DNA of 62,874 bases, filler included, from Rhabdomonas costata (lineage: Eukaryota): assembly GCA_019059605.1 (NCBI GenBank). It is 45 parts of 45 records of this genome, joined end to end, with 100 filler letters (N's around TTAATTAATTAA, not from the genome) between each part and the next. Parts side by side here need not be neighbours in the genome. Positions count along the whole stretch, not along the records: positions 12,599 to 13,898 come from JAHMHO010020147.1; positions 13,999 to 15,297 come from JAHMHO010020148.1; positions 15,398 to 16,695 come from JAHMHO010020149.1; positions 16,796 to 18,094 come from JAHMHO010020150.1; positions 18,195 to 19,493 come from JAHMHO010020151.1; positions 19,594 to 20,892 come from JAHMHO010020152.1; positions 20,993 to 22,295 come from JAHMHO010020153.1; positions 22,396 to 23,694 come from JAHMHO010020154.1; 37 more parts are not named here. One strand, given 5' to 3'. The notes below the pieces were generated by a model. That model was not told where the DNA came from, did not search any database, and saw only the letters and a program-made list of their open reading frames with translations. Below, piece after piece: positions 13,626 through 27,889 of the stretch. A program made the position numbers and the translations under genes. Position 1 is the first letter of the stretch. The number at the start of each line of letters is the position of its first letter.

Positions 13626-13730
13626 TTTTCTGTTGTGGTTGTTCTTTCGTCTCATTCAAGCGTGCACGCGAGGCGAGAAAAAAGAACAAAAGGGAACATC
13701 ATCAGTGAAACAGACCTGCACATGACAACC
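13626..13730 (+). repeat. Dispersed repeat C, copy 1 (copy 2 at 30577-30682)
   Basis: Both copies share ctttcgtctcattcaagcg...aaaagg-aacatcatcagtgaaa...acctgcacatg. Confidence 0.85.
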
Positions 13731-13998
13731 TAGCAGTGTGGCAAATCCTCATGTGCGGCTTGTTTCTGTCCCCGGTCCACACACAAGAATTGTACAATAC
13801 GCCGAGGTCACCCCTTCCCGCACCCAACTGCCTTACAACATCTTCCTACTACTCACGGTCACCACCTCAAGGCGGGAGCTTCTGCTACCCACACACAANN
13901 NNNNNNNNNNNNNNNNNNNNNNNNNNNNNNNNNNNNNNNNNNTTAATTAATTAANNNNNNNNNNNNNNNNNNNNNNNNNNNNNNNNNNNNNNNNNNNN

Positions 13999-15297
13999 GT
14001 TGTGGCGAGCTGCGAGCTGCCCTGCCCGACCACCTCCCAGGGGGTGTGCAGCGGTCATGGGCAATGCGCCCAGGACGCCCTGGGGGATCCTGTGTGCTAC
14101 TGCACTCAGACCGCCACGGGTGGGTTCTGGGACGGCGACAACTGCTCGACTTGCGGTGTGCTTCTGGCCCCTCCCCCATCCCTTAAGCTCTTTGCAAGCG
14201 CTTGTGCATTCATGCCAAGGGAGCGGTAATTCGCGAGTAGAGCTTGGTGTCCACCCCGTTGGCTCTCACCTTCTTGGAAGGAAATGGTGGGCTCGCACGG
14301 TTTCGCTGTAATCCTTTGGCTCCGTTTCTCTGAAATCCTGCTTGGCGGAAACGCACTTTTGTTCTCTGCATTTCTCAATGCCTGCTTGCGATGGTTTTTT
14401 TTTTTCGCAGTGGTGGGCAACTACGGCCCGGGCTGCCAGTCTGTGTGCCCGCCGTGCACCAATGGAGGGCAGTGCTCATCCTCATCACCCTTGGTCACTT
14501 CCGTGGTTTGCAACTGCCCCGAAGGTAGGCGCCCATAAAAATGAAAGGAGTTTTTCTGTGATACCACTAACCTCGGGGCATCTATTTTTTTTCCAGCCCC
14601 GTTTTGTAAGAAAGCGTTTGCTTTTTTTCCTCGGTGTTCCATGACATTGGGTTCCGTTCGAGGGAACACAGCGCGAGCATCCTCGTGAGGCAATTCCGAA
14701 AATGGTACAGCCAACAGGGGAACGTACTCTTTTTTCATGTATAAGGGCGACATCCAGGGGGGGGGGCAGACGAAGTTGGCAGATCGTCTTGACTTGAGCT
14801 CTTGGTTTACCCATTCACAAGGCGTGCCACTGGGAGGAGCCTTCGTCTCTCAGCTTGGTCAACTCTTTTTCTCGTTCACTCATCTGCACAGTTGCAAGCA
14901 GCAAAACAGAACTTGTGGATTGTTGGACTGCGCTCCATTGCCCGCATCAATCGTACACACATGCACTTTCTCCTGCAGGAACATGGGGCTCTCACTGTGA
15001 GAACTTCTGCCCGACCAACGGGACCAATGTGACATGCAGCGGCCACGGCAGCTGTGACGACGGAGCCAGCGGCACTGGGGAGTGCACGTGCCGGTTCGGG
15101 TGGTTCGGAGGGGCGTGTGAGAACCCCTGCCCCCTGCTGCTCTCTGAGGGCACGGTGTGCTCGGGCAACGGGGTGTGCACCACCCAGGGCCAATGCGAGT
15201 GCCTGCCTGGGTACCGTGGCGCGTACTGCCAGACTCCATGCCCCGGCGCGGACAACGCCTGCAGCGGCCACGGGCAGTGTGACGTGCTGGCCAACTG
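13999..15297 (+). CDS. Multi-EGF (tenascin/laminin-EGF-like) extracellular protein, three exons, partial
   Basis: Exons 13999-14155, 14411-14524 and 14979-15297 with two phase-1 GT-AG introns. Repeated CSGHGxC...CxC..G..G..C motifs. Confidence 0.93.
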
Positions 15298-16277
15298 NNN
15301 NNNNNNNNNNNNNNNNNNNNNNNNNNNNNNNNNNNNNNNNNTTAATTAATTAANNNNNNNNNNNNNNNNNNNNNNNNNNNNNNNNNNNNNNNNNNNNGGG
15401 TTTTTTGTCAGCACGCAGGTTCAGGTTGAATGTGTGCGCAGGTGATTCAGGACTCCAGTTTTCAGGACTCCTGGCTCCAACTCTTTGGCGAGAAAGGCCG
15501 AACTCATGCGACCTGCAAGTTTCCCGCTGTGTGCATTTCATGGTGAGCGCTTTCCTTTCCGTCTTTCTGGCCTGTGTGTCTTTTTGTTGTGCATTGGTTG
15601 TGCATTCTGCCATGGAGGCTTTTGCACAGCGAGGGATGAGGGATGAGTGGATCTTCTTTGGTTTGAACCCGGACTTTCTGGAAAAAACGATCTGGAATCT
15701 TAGGCCGTCGTGAATTCCAAGGAACAAGGCTGTATTCCTTTGCTATTTCATAACGTTGTTTCAGAATACCGTGTGCCTTCGTGACCTCACTTCACTTGGA
15801 AATTCTTTTTTATGCTTTGTCTGCATCCGTTTTGCATCCGTCCTTCAGGAAGCGTTCGGGGGAACAGTTTGTTTGCAGCCGTTACGAGCGGTGTGACCAA
15901 GATGTGTGCATCTTTTTGTGCCGTGCATCCTCCGTCGGGGAACAGCCTTTGCCATGCACAAACGAACAGTGCCGCATATGCAATGTGTCGGAAAAAGGCT
16001 GAAAGTGATGATTCCAAATCTCAAATGCGAATCTGCAATCCAAGATCTAAGTATCTTGTAATGCTGTAACGTCACTTGGGCAGTGGGACAAATTTGCACA
16101 TTTGAATCTCGTTGTTCGAAGACAGCAAGAGAAGTCACTCACAGCAAAACAAATGCATTTCTGGATACCAGGTTTCCCGGCTTGTTAACAATTGTTTTAG
16201 CAAATGTCGAAAGCAGCCAGCTCTTTTTGTACGCATGTCTGAAGCTCTCTCTCATATCTGTCTGTGGAACTCTCAAG

Positions 16278-16448
16278 GGTGTAAATGCCACTGGGCGGCT
16301 GGATCGGGTGGTGCTGCGGTCTCCTTCTTTGGCTCCGGTGCATGGAGCCAGGCTTGGAATGGCCCCGATTCCGGGCCTCCACCCCGAGACGTACATCTCT
16401 GATCACTTTGGGCTCCTTCTCACTCTGCGATGCGGTGCAACACCGTAA
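16278..16448 (+). CDS. EEP-superfamily (TDP2-like) phosphodiesterase, terminal exon
   Basis: RLDRV...ISDHFGLL followed by a stop codon; AG acceptor at 16276-16277. Confidence 0.75.
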   Translation, partial: GVNATGRLDRVVLRSPSLAPVHGARLGMAPIPGLHPETYISDHFGLLLTLRCGATP

Positions 16449-17012
16449 TTATGCACTGGAATTGGTGCCAATTCAGCGGTGACCATCTGCCATTGAGCGT
16501 AGCTTCGTGCCGGTTCCATGATTTGTGGTATTCGGATGGACGGGTGGCGTCTCCCTCCAGTACACAGGACGTCAAACGCACTCACCTCATGTCTTATTCT
16601 GTTTGTGCAGAGCCAGGGGGGTCTGCTTCCAATGTTCCGAAGAAAGCCTGTGACTCGTCAAGTGCATTCAGTGATGTGCTAATGGCCCCACACACNNNNN
16701 NNNNNNNNNNNNNNNNNNNNNNNNNNNNNNNNNNNNNNNTTAATTAATTAANNNNNNNNNNNNNNNNNNNNNNNNNNNNNNNNNNNNNNNNNNNNCGCGA
16801 ACACGCGATTTATACACAATAGTGTGCAACGGACGAGTAGCTGAATCCGAGGTGTCGACACCTAACTTTCTACGGTTGGGGTGAATTGTTTCAACTACCT
16901 CTAAATGCATTTTTCTTAGCGATATGGGAGTAGGTGTACTGTTTTTTTCCTGCACATTTTTATCGACTGTCAACGCGTATCTGTTTTTATTCGTGTTTGT
17001 ATGTTGCCGCAG

Positions 17013-18077
<1,065 letters not shown>

Positions 18078-20360
18078 TAGACCCCACCCCACCCNNNNNN
18101 NNNNNNNNNNNNNNNNNNNNNNNNNNNNNNNNNNNNNNTTAATTAATTAANNNNNNNNNNNNNNNNNNNNNNNNNNNNNNNNNNNNNNNNNNNNTTGTTT
18201 TTGTTTTTGTGTGATCGTGTATACTTTTCTTTATTGGCGGTGGGCAGATGGCCCCAGGTTTTTTGTGCGTTCAGTCCCAGCTTTGCATCCACGCAGGGGA
18301 AATTTTGGGGCTCAATCTAACCGCTGGCAGGTTACAGCTGTTTCCTTAGGGAGGGAGCTGGATTTCCCGAATGGATTTTCCCTCTAGACGGGAGGGGGAG
18401 CGTTAGATGTCCGACACCGTTAATATCAGAAGTTTTTGCATGAACCCCCGCCTCCCATAACACATCATTGTCTTCCTCTGTCGGCTCCTGCCTCACAGCG
18501 CAGTGATCCGCAAACGTTAACCACCCAAATGCAATTGTCCCATGAGGGGTGCTGGTGGGACCTATGACGTTTTATTGTTTCAGACACGCAGGGTTCCGGG
18601 CCCTGGGTTTGTTTGCTTTTTTACAGCCGTACCCAACGTCTCAGCCTTCTCCTGCGGGGTTCCTCCCTAAAGGCCGTATGGTTCATCTCCCTGGGGTGCT
18701 GTACGGACCGAGAAGGTGGGAGTGGGGTGGGGGTATGCCTTTTCACGTGTCTACGTTTTGAAGTGCCCGTTGGAGGGCACATCTTTGTGCGATTCTGTGC
18801 CGTGGTTGGCTTTCTGGGCTCAAGCTTCTGCGTTGCGGTTGCGCCGGTGGAGTTGTACAGTGAGTTCGGATAACCTTTGCCCGAAGAGTCCCCTCTCTTT
18901 TGGGTTGTGGGTAATGTCCCTGGATGCAGGCTTGCTGGAACAGTCCCCTCTGTGTACTTTTTTCCGTGTACGTTTGGCAGCTTTCAGAGGAGCTCACAAC
19001 GAACGCAGCGGTCACCTCCTCCCTGCAGCCTCTCAGCAATGAAAATGAGAATGGTTTGGGCTCTTGCCTGCGAGATTTCTGTGAGGCTTGAGGAGAGCGT
19101 TATGGTAAACAAGGGAAACTCACATCTCACACTCCAGAAGAGCCTTGCAGCAATGAAAACGGCTAAAATTATTGGTGTGGGCTTGCTGCTGAGTACGCAA
19201 TTTCTTGAGTTTTTCGCGTGGGTTCGCCTATTTTGCTCAGCCATCACGTGTATTGCAAGCTATAAGTATTGGTCACTCTCTCCCTCATTCCTCTCATGGA
19301 TTGGTTTTCTCTTCACCATACGAAACGGTGGGACGCCAAAAAGGGGCAAGAATATTGACTGTCGTAGATTTTTTTCAAATGATAACTTTAAGTGTTTCTC
19401 CTCATTGGTTGCTTTTTTCTCTGTTTCTTTTTCCGCCCGCTGTGCGAGTTACGTGATGGTTCTCCTTCTCAGTCCCATGGAAGCTTTCTCTGTNNNNNNN
19501 NNNNNNNNNNNNNNNNNNNNNNNNNNNNNNNNNNNNNTTAATTAATTAANNNNNNNNNNNNNNNNNNNNNNNNNNNNNNNNNNNNNNNNNNNNTGCTCGC
19601 GACGTGCGGTTTTTATCTGCTGTCCGCTCTACTAACACAGTGTGGGCTGGACTGAAACACACTGTCTCCCAAAGAGGGTAAGAACAGAAATCGTTTTTGA
19701 ATGTCATTCATTGCCTGGAAGTGTGAAATCGTTCACGCAGGCTCCCTGATGGTCCCAACTTATGAATGTTAAATAAACAGAAATTTCTCGAAACCCCGAA
19801 AAAAAAAACAAATTAGACAGATAAGGTTAGCTATGCCCAATAACTGAGAGATTAGCTTATAACATCCTTCCGATCTAAAGGCTTTTTGTCCTATGTTCTT
19901 GCTGGTGATCTCGAGTGGGTCTTTGAGGTCGGTTAGTTGGCAAAACAGCCGAAGGCGCGCCGATTTTTTCGGTACAGAAGCTGCCAGTTTGCCCGAAGCT
20001 AACATCTTTTTGGGAATACGTTATAGAAACAAGATTCAGGCCGGGAGCCTGAGTACTGTTCAGGGGACAAAAAGTCTGAGTTTATGGTAGAACCTACAGT
20101 ATTTTTGTTAACTCTGGGAACTGCCTCTGTGAAGAAATATGCGTCAATACTTTTCGCCGAATCGATGTCAGGTCAGCATATCGAGTGTATTTGCATGCAA
20201 AGCCACTGCGGCGAATCACGGATATGACTTCATGGGAAGAATTCGGAGTCTCACAGAAACGGATCCGGGGCGACCGTTGGCCGCACTGCTCCCTGTTCCC
20301 GCTGGCGGTTCCGTACATTCCATTCCAACTTACCTGCTCTACTTTGGTAAGCTTTTGCAG

Positions 20361-20538
20361 GGGGGTTGCTGTTGTTTTGCGTGCCCGTTGGTTGGGCACG
20401 GTGCCGATGCCCTTCATCCGAATGGCGGTCTCCCCGGAGGAGGCGCTGCGGTGCCTGAACCGCTTCCGGGAGATCGCTGGGAAGGCGCTTGCCCCTGTGA
20501 CCTTCCAGGCCGATGGCAGCACTCGACTACGCAACCTG
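20361..20538 (+). CDS. Hypothetical internal exon
   Basis: ttttgcag acceptor, GC-rich open frame (PFIRMAVSPEEALRCLNRFREIAG) and a GT donor at 20539. Confidence 0.4.
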
Positions 20539-21880
20539 GTCCCTTGCCCACCATCGCACCCTCGTCTCTGTGATAACGGTTCAGACGTACGAAGAAGAAT
20601 TTGATGTGGGATTTGTGCCTGCAAATTTATGCGCCAATATAGCCGCAACGATCTTGCCAGCCTGCGCCGCCGCAGTGCTGTGAGATTCGTAAAGGGGGCC
20701 TTTTCTTCTCCTCCGCAAGGCGCCTTCATTTTTTATTTGTTACTGTTGTCTTAAAACCAGTCCGATGGAAAGAAATGTATCAGCAGAGTGTCAAAAATGC
20801 GTGTATTTTGTCAGATTGGGGTTAGCCGTGAGCAGACCCGACGGATGCTTGTTCTGTGCACGGGGTCAAGTGTGGTGGCCCCAGCGCTCCCCNNNNNNNN
20901 NNNNNNNNNNNNNNNNNNNNNNNNNNNNNNNNNNNNTTAATTAATTAANNNNNNNNNNNNNNNNNNNNNNNNNNNNNNNNNNNNNNNNNNNNGTGTGTGT
21001 GTGTGTGTGTGTGTGTGTGGATGGGCACGGCGCACACTCTCACCCCAATGCCCTACGTGTCGTCCAGCACGAACAGCAGCACCGTGAACGCGCCAAAAAA
21101 CCAACAGGTGTGCAGAACAAGCAGCACAAGGACACGCCACAGCACACCGCGCCAAGGCGCCATGTGTGTGACTGAGGTGGCTGATGCAGAGCTCATGTCT
21201 TCCACATGAGATAATATGGCCCGCGTCACCTCAAAAGTAAGAGGTGACCGTAGAAGGTTAAAATCAGCTTGAAAGAATAAGCACAACCGATATGCACTGG
21301 AGCCCAGTCCTTTTACCACCCGTTTTAGCTTCTAAGTCCGAAAACGCCTGATTTAGTGCACACTTTTGTAAGTTGTGACTTTTTGAGGTGACACGGACAA
21401 TATCTTGCCTGTGCTCTGTGCTGGTGAGCTGTATGCACCCTGCGTTCGCTGGCTGGTGTGATGCATACACTCATCATGGCCAGCGACCTGCGCTTGCGTC
21501 GCAGTGGATGTGCAAAAGGTGATCGAAGAGGTGAGAAGGAAAGGAAAACGAAATGGAGAAAAAAGACGATAGGAAGACAGAAAGCAGCCGCAGCCACAGC
21601 CACGGCGGCAGGATGCCATTCGGAAGCCCACGTACAGTCATTTTCGGAGCGCCTTCCGGCGCCCAAATTCCGAACCTCGACGACGCAAATGTAATTGCAA
21701 CCACAACATCAGCGCGCGCCCCACCAGAAGGAGAAGCCATACACAACCGTATGGGGTGGCTCATCGCACGTTACCGCGAGCATCACCATCGCCATCGCTA
21801 TCATCAACGGCACCAGGAAAAACAACAATAACCAAAAGAAGACGAGCAAGGTGCGAGTGCAAGAAGGGGGAGGGAATTAC

Positions 21881-21996
21881 CACAGGGTGGGGGTCGCTGG
21901 CCGTCTGCCCCCCGATGACGTACACGGCCCCCATGAACGTCGCAGCGCCGAGCCAGGCCCGGGGGCTGGGCATCGCTCCCTCCTTTCTCCATGAGT
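21881..21996 (-). CDS. Kelch-repeat exon
   Basis: SW...MPSPRAWLGAATFMGAVYVIGG; TAG acceptor and GTAATT donor. Confidence 0.75.
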
Positions 21997-23794
21997 CTAT
22001 CAAACACACCAACCATACAAAAACACACGCAATCGGTGAAGGCTGGAGTCTCTTCTCCCTCCAAAGCGGAGGAGGACTTGCTGCGGTACTATAAGCTAAC
22101 ATCAACGAATTCCCAATCACTGCAGCAATGAGGGGGAGAGAAGCAGATTCGGAAGGAAGGAAAGCATAAAAACCAGAACAACAGATCGCGAATTCATTCA
22201 TGATCTTTGCAGCAGATTCGAAAGGAAGGTCGACATGGGAAGTTCCACGCAAAAACACTTGACCCCAACCCCCAACCCCCAAACACACCCACACCNNNNN
22301 NNNNNNNNNNNNNNNNNNNNNNNNNNNNNNNNNNNNNNNTTAATTAATTAANNNNNNNNNNNNNNNNNNNNNNNNNNNNNNNNNNNNNNNNNNNNTGTGT
22401 TTGTGTACGAGTCCGTGGACTCCTGGTCGTGGTGGTGGTGGTGGTGGTGGTGGTGGTGGTGTGTGGGTGGGTGTCTTCGTACGGGATAGTCAAATAAACG
22501 AGCGGAGGGGACAGAACATAGAAAAGCCAGAATGGTTCAGGCTGCCCTATCTTGCGAAACGCAAGGATAGTAAACTTAGCAGCCGTATAGAATGTGCTTT
22601 GACAACAACGGAAAAGTTGAAGAGGGAAGCGGTATTTACATGGCCCCGCAGTTCTCTCTTCAGATCCACTCATTCTCGACCCTCGAACAAACTGGACCTA
22701 CCGAAAGGAACGAGACCTGGATGAGCAAAAAGGAAACGGAAAATCGGGCGCTTTCGCAGCGTAGAGCATGCTCAACACGTGCGGGAGAGGGACCCACACT
22801 GGCGCCCAAAATAAGAGCCGAGTGCACCGCCTCCCCCATCATCAAAGCCACACGCTGTTGAAGATGCGAACTACAATCTTGAATGACGTCAACGAGCCAA
22901 ATGACTAAACAATAACACATGCAACAGCAAGAAAGGAAAAGAAGGGGAAACAGAAGCCGCGCGGGCAAGTAAACTCTCCTACTTTGTAAGACTCCGCAGT
23001 ACTCCGCAGGACGATCAGGGGGGTTCACTTCTATGCCCGGATGACACGGGCCACCGCGCTGCGATGCAAAGAGCCACAGAATCAGGGCAGAAGCCGTAAT
23101 TTAGGGCAGCAGGCGTAACGTCGTAGTGACGGAAGAATGTGTGTGGGTGAAGTATCAACTGCTGTTGCCGCTCAGTGTGCGTGCGGTAAAGCTGCAAAGG
23201 GGGCGCCATTCAGAGAGCAGGTGAAGGTTTCGGAGGAAGGTTCACAGCAGAGAGGAGTAGGGTGGGGTTAAGCCCCCAACTTACTCCCTATTCGGATTCT
23301 TCCGAAACCCACAAAACCATAGTTACAATAATGCAAATCCAGTTCCTTTGCACAAGAACGTCTGGAACACAACTTGAGAGTTTTGTGCAAAGGTCCTTGG
23401 GGCATCCTCGTGTGGAGACATACAATGAGGGATCACAGGACTGTGGTGAGGTTGATCATTCAGAGCGCTCGAACTGCTTGAAGTGCCCTTTTTTTATCAC
23501 TTTTATAGCACCATGCGGGAACTGTGTGGGACGTAGCTTACATTTGAGGGTGCCGTCGAGAAACCCTCTGCTGGCTGGGACCCAAAGTCTCCAGAAGGTG
23601 CACAGTCCGCCGTGACCGCCCCACAGCGTTTCGGTAAGCCAATCGTATGTGGTGAGCGTGAGCTGAAAGGCTCATTACATGTAAACCCCACCCCNNNNNN
23701 NNNNNNNNNNNNNNNNNNNNNNNNNNNNNNNNNNNNNNTTAATTAATTAANNNNNNNNNNNNNNNNNNNNNNNNNNNNNNNNNNNNNNNNNNNN

Positions 23795-23854
23795 CATCCC
23801 GCTCATCATCGGCATCCCGCTGCTCATCCCCATACCGCTCATGTTGTACGACAT
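23795..23854 (-). CDS. Possible N-terminus of a Ser/Gly/Met-repeat protein (runs off the contig)
   Basis: ATG at 23854 gives MSYNMSGMGMSSGMPMMSGM. Confidence 0.4.
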
Positions 23855-24931
23855 TGCTCTCAGAGCAAGACCACGGACTCGAAACGCAAAGAGACTCAGG
23901 CGAGCTGTCACACAAACACAAACACAAACACAAACACAAACACAAACGCTCACCAACACGGAAAAGGAGGGAAGAAAAGGCACTCCTCAGCAACCGCTTC
24001 TAAAGGCATGCATATGGAAGCAGTGAGCCGTTCAGGCTGAGCACATCATTGGGATGGGTCCTGCTTTTTCCGTTCGGAACACCTGCAGCTGCCGTGCTCC
24101 TAAAAAAGGCCTGTGTTTCTGGGGTTGCCAGCCTTCGTGCCGGGGTTTTCGGGTGCTGATGACCAAATACCATTTCCACTGAGGATTTTCCCACCATGGT
24201 GCTTTGACTCGGCGCTGCGGCGGAAGTTGAGCTGGCGCCAGGTATCCTGTCCTGGGCAGCTCCGCCAGTGCACCCAAGCCCTAAGCCCTGGGAACACCGG
24301 GAACACCGGCTGCCACGGCCACTTAAGCCCCACCACCCTGATCCCGGGTGCAGCCCAGGCCAGGCCAGGCGTTCAAAGGTCCTTTGTAAAATACCTCAAA
24401 CAATGTGTGGGCTCATTTACCCCAGTGACACATGGAAGACGCCAGCTACTTCTTCAGACTTTTCAGCAATCTCTTCCAACCCCCACCCCCCCTGCTGACA
24501 TCCTCAGATACAAAAGCCGGGGGGGGGGAAAAACAGGGGAAGAAAGCTTGGCATTCCCACAGCAGGAACGCATATAAAAGTTATTCGAGCGTTCGAAGGA
24601 GGCGACGAGCGTTTGAATTAAGAACGAGAAAGCAGCGCAGCAAGATCTCAGCGGCAGGCTCAGCACATGCCGAAAAAATCGACAGAAAGGGTGAGTATGA
24701 AGCCGCGCTACAGCAGAAAGGTGGAGAGCTGGGAAACTGCACAGGAGCTGAGACTACTGCACAGTACCAACGCAGAGAGTATAAAATGCAGCCGCCCAAG
24801 GAATCTGGGGTGCGTATAAACAAAATCAGCATTGCCGTTGTACACATTGGGCAGAGGGGAGGCCGAACTGGGGGCATCCCTCAGTTCCTTTCATCCCATT
24901 CACGCTTCACCACGCAGGAGGGCAGGATCGA

Positions 24932-25084
24932 GGGGGAGAATGTTTACTTCATGCCCATCGACATCCCGCTCGACGCCATCGGCATCCCGCTGGATGCCAT
25001 CGGCATCCCGCTGCATCGGCATCCCGCTCGACGCCATCGGCATCCCGCTGGATGTCGATGGGCATGAAGTAAACATTCTCCCCC
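24932..25084. repeat. 35-bp perfect inverted repeat enclosing tandem CATCGGCATCCCGCT units
   Basis: Arms at 24932-24966 and 25050-25084, at the contig end. Confidence 0.92.
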
Positions 25085-25189
25085 CCACANNNNNNNNNNN
25101 NNNNNNNNNNNNNNNNNNNNNNNNNNNNNNNNNTTAATTAATTAANNNNNNNNNNNNNNNNNNNNNNNNNNNNNNNNNNNNNNNNNNNN

Positions 25190-26200
25190 CCCGGGCGGAC
25201 GATGGGGTGGTGGCGCGGGAGGCCGGCTTGGCTGAGGCAGAGGGGGTGCGCCCCATGCGCTCGAAGCGGCCGTCGGGAAGGTCATGGAGCTCCGAGGCGG
25301 GAAGGTGGCGGTCGGTGCCGGGGATCCGCAGAAGTGGGTTGGGTACGGTGTTGCGAGTGGTCCCAATGGAGGTGTACCTGGCGAAGGAATCACATCACAT
25401 CACATCACATCACATCACATCACATCACATCACATCACATCACATCGCATCACCAGTCATAAACACACACCACTAAACTCGCAATAATTCTGCGCGTGCT
25501 CAAGGGAGCAAAGTAAAGAGGGAGCGAGTTCTGCAGCACCTTAGGGCTTCGAAGGAATCACAGACAAATACACACACAAACACGGGCAATGCGCCCAACA
25601 CACACACACACACCCTTGGTCGTACAGCGAGCAGTACGGCAGGCTGTGCGCCAGGGTATACTCCCAGATCTGCTGGTAATTCCAGCTCAGCAGGGGGCAC
25701 ACGCGAATCAGCGGGGGCCACCCCGGCGAGCACGGCGTGAAGGACGACAGATACTCTGCAGCAATTAAAAAGGAAACATAAAGACAACCAGCATAAACTC
25801 CGGAGTGCTACCTGAGCCGAACCATTGCTTTGATGACCTTTGCTAAAAAGGTGAACCACCACAGCTTTGGACAGTGAAGTTCATTATCCAAGGCTGATCA
25901 ACTTAAACAAAGTGGGAGCCTTACCAGAGGTCCCCCGTACCTTGCTCGCCTGCTCGCAGCGTCTGCTCGCAGCGCCGATTGCTCGGAAGGAAGGTACGAA
26001 GCCGGACATTCCCAAAACAAAAAGAGGGAATGAAAACCCCACCACAGACACGCACTTCCGTCGGGGTCGGTGCGCCGAGTGCCCATCAGCACGGCCTGCA
26101 CGCCGCGGTCTGCGACCTTCTGCAGGCCCTCCTTGAAGGAAGCGCATGGGATGATCTCCTGGGTGATTCCGTTGTCCGCCGTGAACTGCCGCACGAATTG
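25190..26200 (-). CDS. FAD1: FAD synthase (PAPS-reductase fold), three exons, partial
   Basis: Exons 26200-26056 (AVLMGTRRTDPDG), 25755-25614 (PGWPPLIRVCPLLSWNYQQIWEY...PYCSLYDQG) and 25377-25190 (YTSIG...PNPLL...ERMGR). GT-AG introns keep the frame. Confidence 0.93.
25389..25452. repeat. (ATCAC)n microsatellite in a FAD synthase intron
   Basis: Seen directly. Confidence 0.95.
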
Positions 26201-26596
26201 CTGCGAGGGCGCGCGCACGGGTGTGGCGTCGCCGTGGGGTTCCGCGAGCCGCTAACTCTTCCGGAACATTCAACTCTCAAGTTCCTTTTCAATCACAGCA
26301 AAAGGAAAGTTTTAATCTGTGACGCGCACACAATGCACATCTCGGCGGGATCTTGGATCCCACAAAGCATCCCATGGTGAATGTTCCTTTTACCTACGAC
26401 CTTCTTTGAGTGTTCCCTGCGAGACCATGTGGAACTGTGACTGCCACCGACCACCGATTTGTTGCTCAGTCTACTTGCGTTACGGGCCAAAGCTGTNNNN
26501 NNNNNNNNNNNNNNNNNNNNNNNNNNNNNNNNNNNNNNNNTTAATTAATTAANNNNNNNNNNNNNNNNNNNNNNNNNNNNNNNNNNNNNNNNNNNN

Positions 26597-26985
26597 GGTT
26601 GTTGTTGTCGTCGTTGTTCTTGTTGTTGTTGTCGTTCTTGTTGTCGTTCTTGTTCTTGTTGATGTTGTCGTTCTTGTTGTTGTTTAGTTTGTATTTCTGT
26701 TGTTAGAGTTGTAAAAAAATTTATATATTCAGAAAATACAATTGGAATTGATTCTAATTCTGTCATATTTGTGTGCATACTATATTTATTAAATAACGTT
26801 ATTAATTCGTTAATTTGATTATTTTTTACAGTAAGAATATTAATAACTTCATCTACAATTATACTCATTCTTGAAAAATCATTTGATATTTCAGTTGATC
26901 CTCCTTTTAATATAGTATATATATTATTAATTTTATTATTGTATTTCTTAATTTTATATTCCATATCATGATGTTTCATATACAT
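26597..26985 (-). CDS. Giant-virus-like protein with LKGG leader and Q/E/R-rich repeat, 3' partial
   Basis: Intronless and very AT-rich. MYMKHHDMEYKIKKYNNKINNIYTILKGG|STEI... The start could also be 26979 or 27063. Confidence 0.75.
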
Positions 26986-27049
26986 ATCACAAAGAAATAA
27001 ATTTAAATAATTATTTTTATATTTCGAACACAATTGTAAATTTTTAATA

Positions 27050-27889
27050 TTAGTTGTCGTCATTATATATAGAAATCGTACTACTAATAAATTTTGCTCT
27101 GACAAAACCTATCATATTAGCTTTTATTTTCAATATTTTGTTATATTGTGGATTTTTGTTTGAATCTATATTAGCAGGAAGATTATAGTTTACTTTAAAC
27201 TGATCTTTATCGATTATCTTATTTGTAGACGTAAACATACATTCAATTGTCATATGTCCTATATATTTTTGTATGGGTTTGTCAGTGGAAGTATTAAATT
27301 TTTTATATTCTTTAATTAATTGTTCTATAAAATTTATATTATCTGTAAGATCAGGTATGAATTTTATACTTGTATATGTCAATACACCATCAGTTGTTAT
27401 TTCATGAGATATTTCAGAAGGTCTATAAAAATCATCAGTAAATCGCATTATTAAATTTAATAATACTTTTACATATAAATCATCTGTAATTACTTGTTGT
27501 ATTTCTGAGTGTGAATCCAGTTTAATTGGTATATAAATATGTCTTAATACAGTTTGATATATTTTATATTGATCATTTTTATTTGATTGTGTCCATATTT
27601 CGCCATGAAGACAATATTGACGTGCAAGACTATCCATACTACTTTCAGTATATGCAAGATCAGTTTGTAATATTTGTATTAGATTTCGTATAAAACCAGA
27701 TAATGGATCAACATGAGAACAAAGATTTGTTGTAAATTCACTTGCATAAGATGTACATATCTTATTTAATATTTGTTCATTTTCTGTGAAATTAGCAATT
27801 AATTTATCGTTATGTTCAGCAGCTTTTACAATTTTCTTGTATGGATCTAAATCTAATCTTTGTGCATCACTTGCTCCTCCTTTTAAAAA
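27050..27889 (-). CDS. Giant-virus-like protein of the LKGG family, 5' partial
   Basis: The frame is open upstream of the listed ATG (27637) all the way to the contig end, and begins FLKGG|ASDAQRLDLDPYKK... It shares YQTxLRxIYIP...LYVKxLxNL with the ORF at 28528. Confidence 0.8.
   Translation of the reverse strand, partial: FLKGGASDAQRLDLDPYKKIVKAAEHNDKLIANFTENEQILNKICTSYASEFTTNLCSHVDPLSGFIRNLIQILQTDLAYTESSMDSLARQYCLHGEIWTQSNKNDQYKIYQTVLRHIYIPIKLDSHSEIQQVITDDLYVKVLLNLIMRFTDDFYRPSEISHEITTDGVLTYTSIKFIPDLTDNINFIEQLIKEYKKFNTSTDKPIQKYIGHMTIECMFTSTNKIIDKDQFKVNYNLPANIDSNKNPQYNKILKIKANMIGFVRAKFISSTISIYNDDN

Noticed and set aside
15612-15713. Upstream exon of the TDP2-like gene (DEWIFFGLNP)
   Set aside because: The resemblance is suggestive, but no frame-consistent splice to 16278 could be built.
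24961-25049. CRISPR array
   Set aside because: Short tandem units without unique spacers, no cas genes, and a eukaryotic context.
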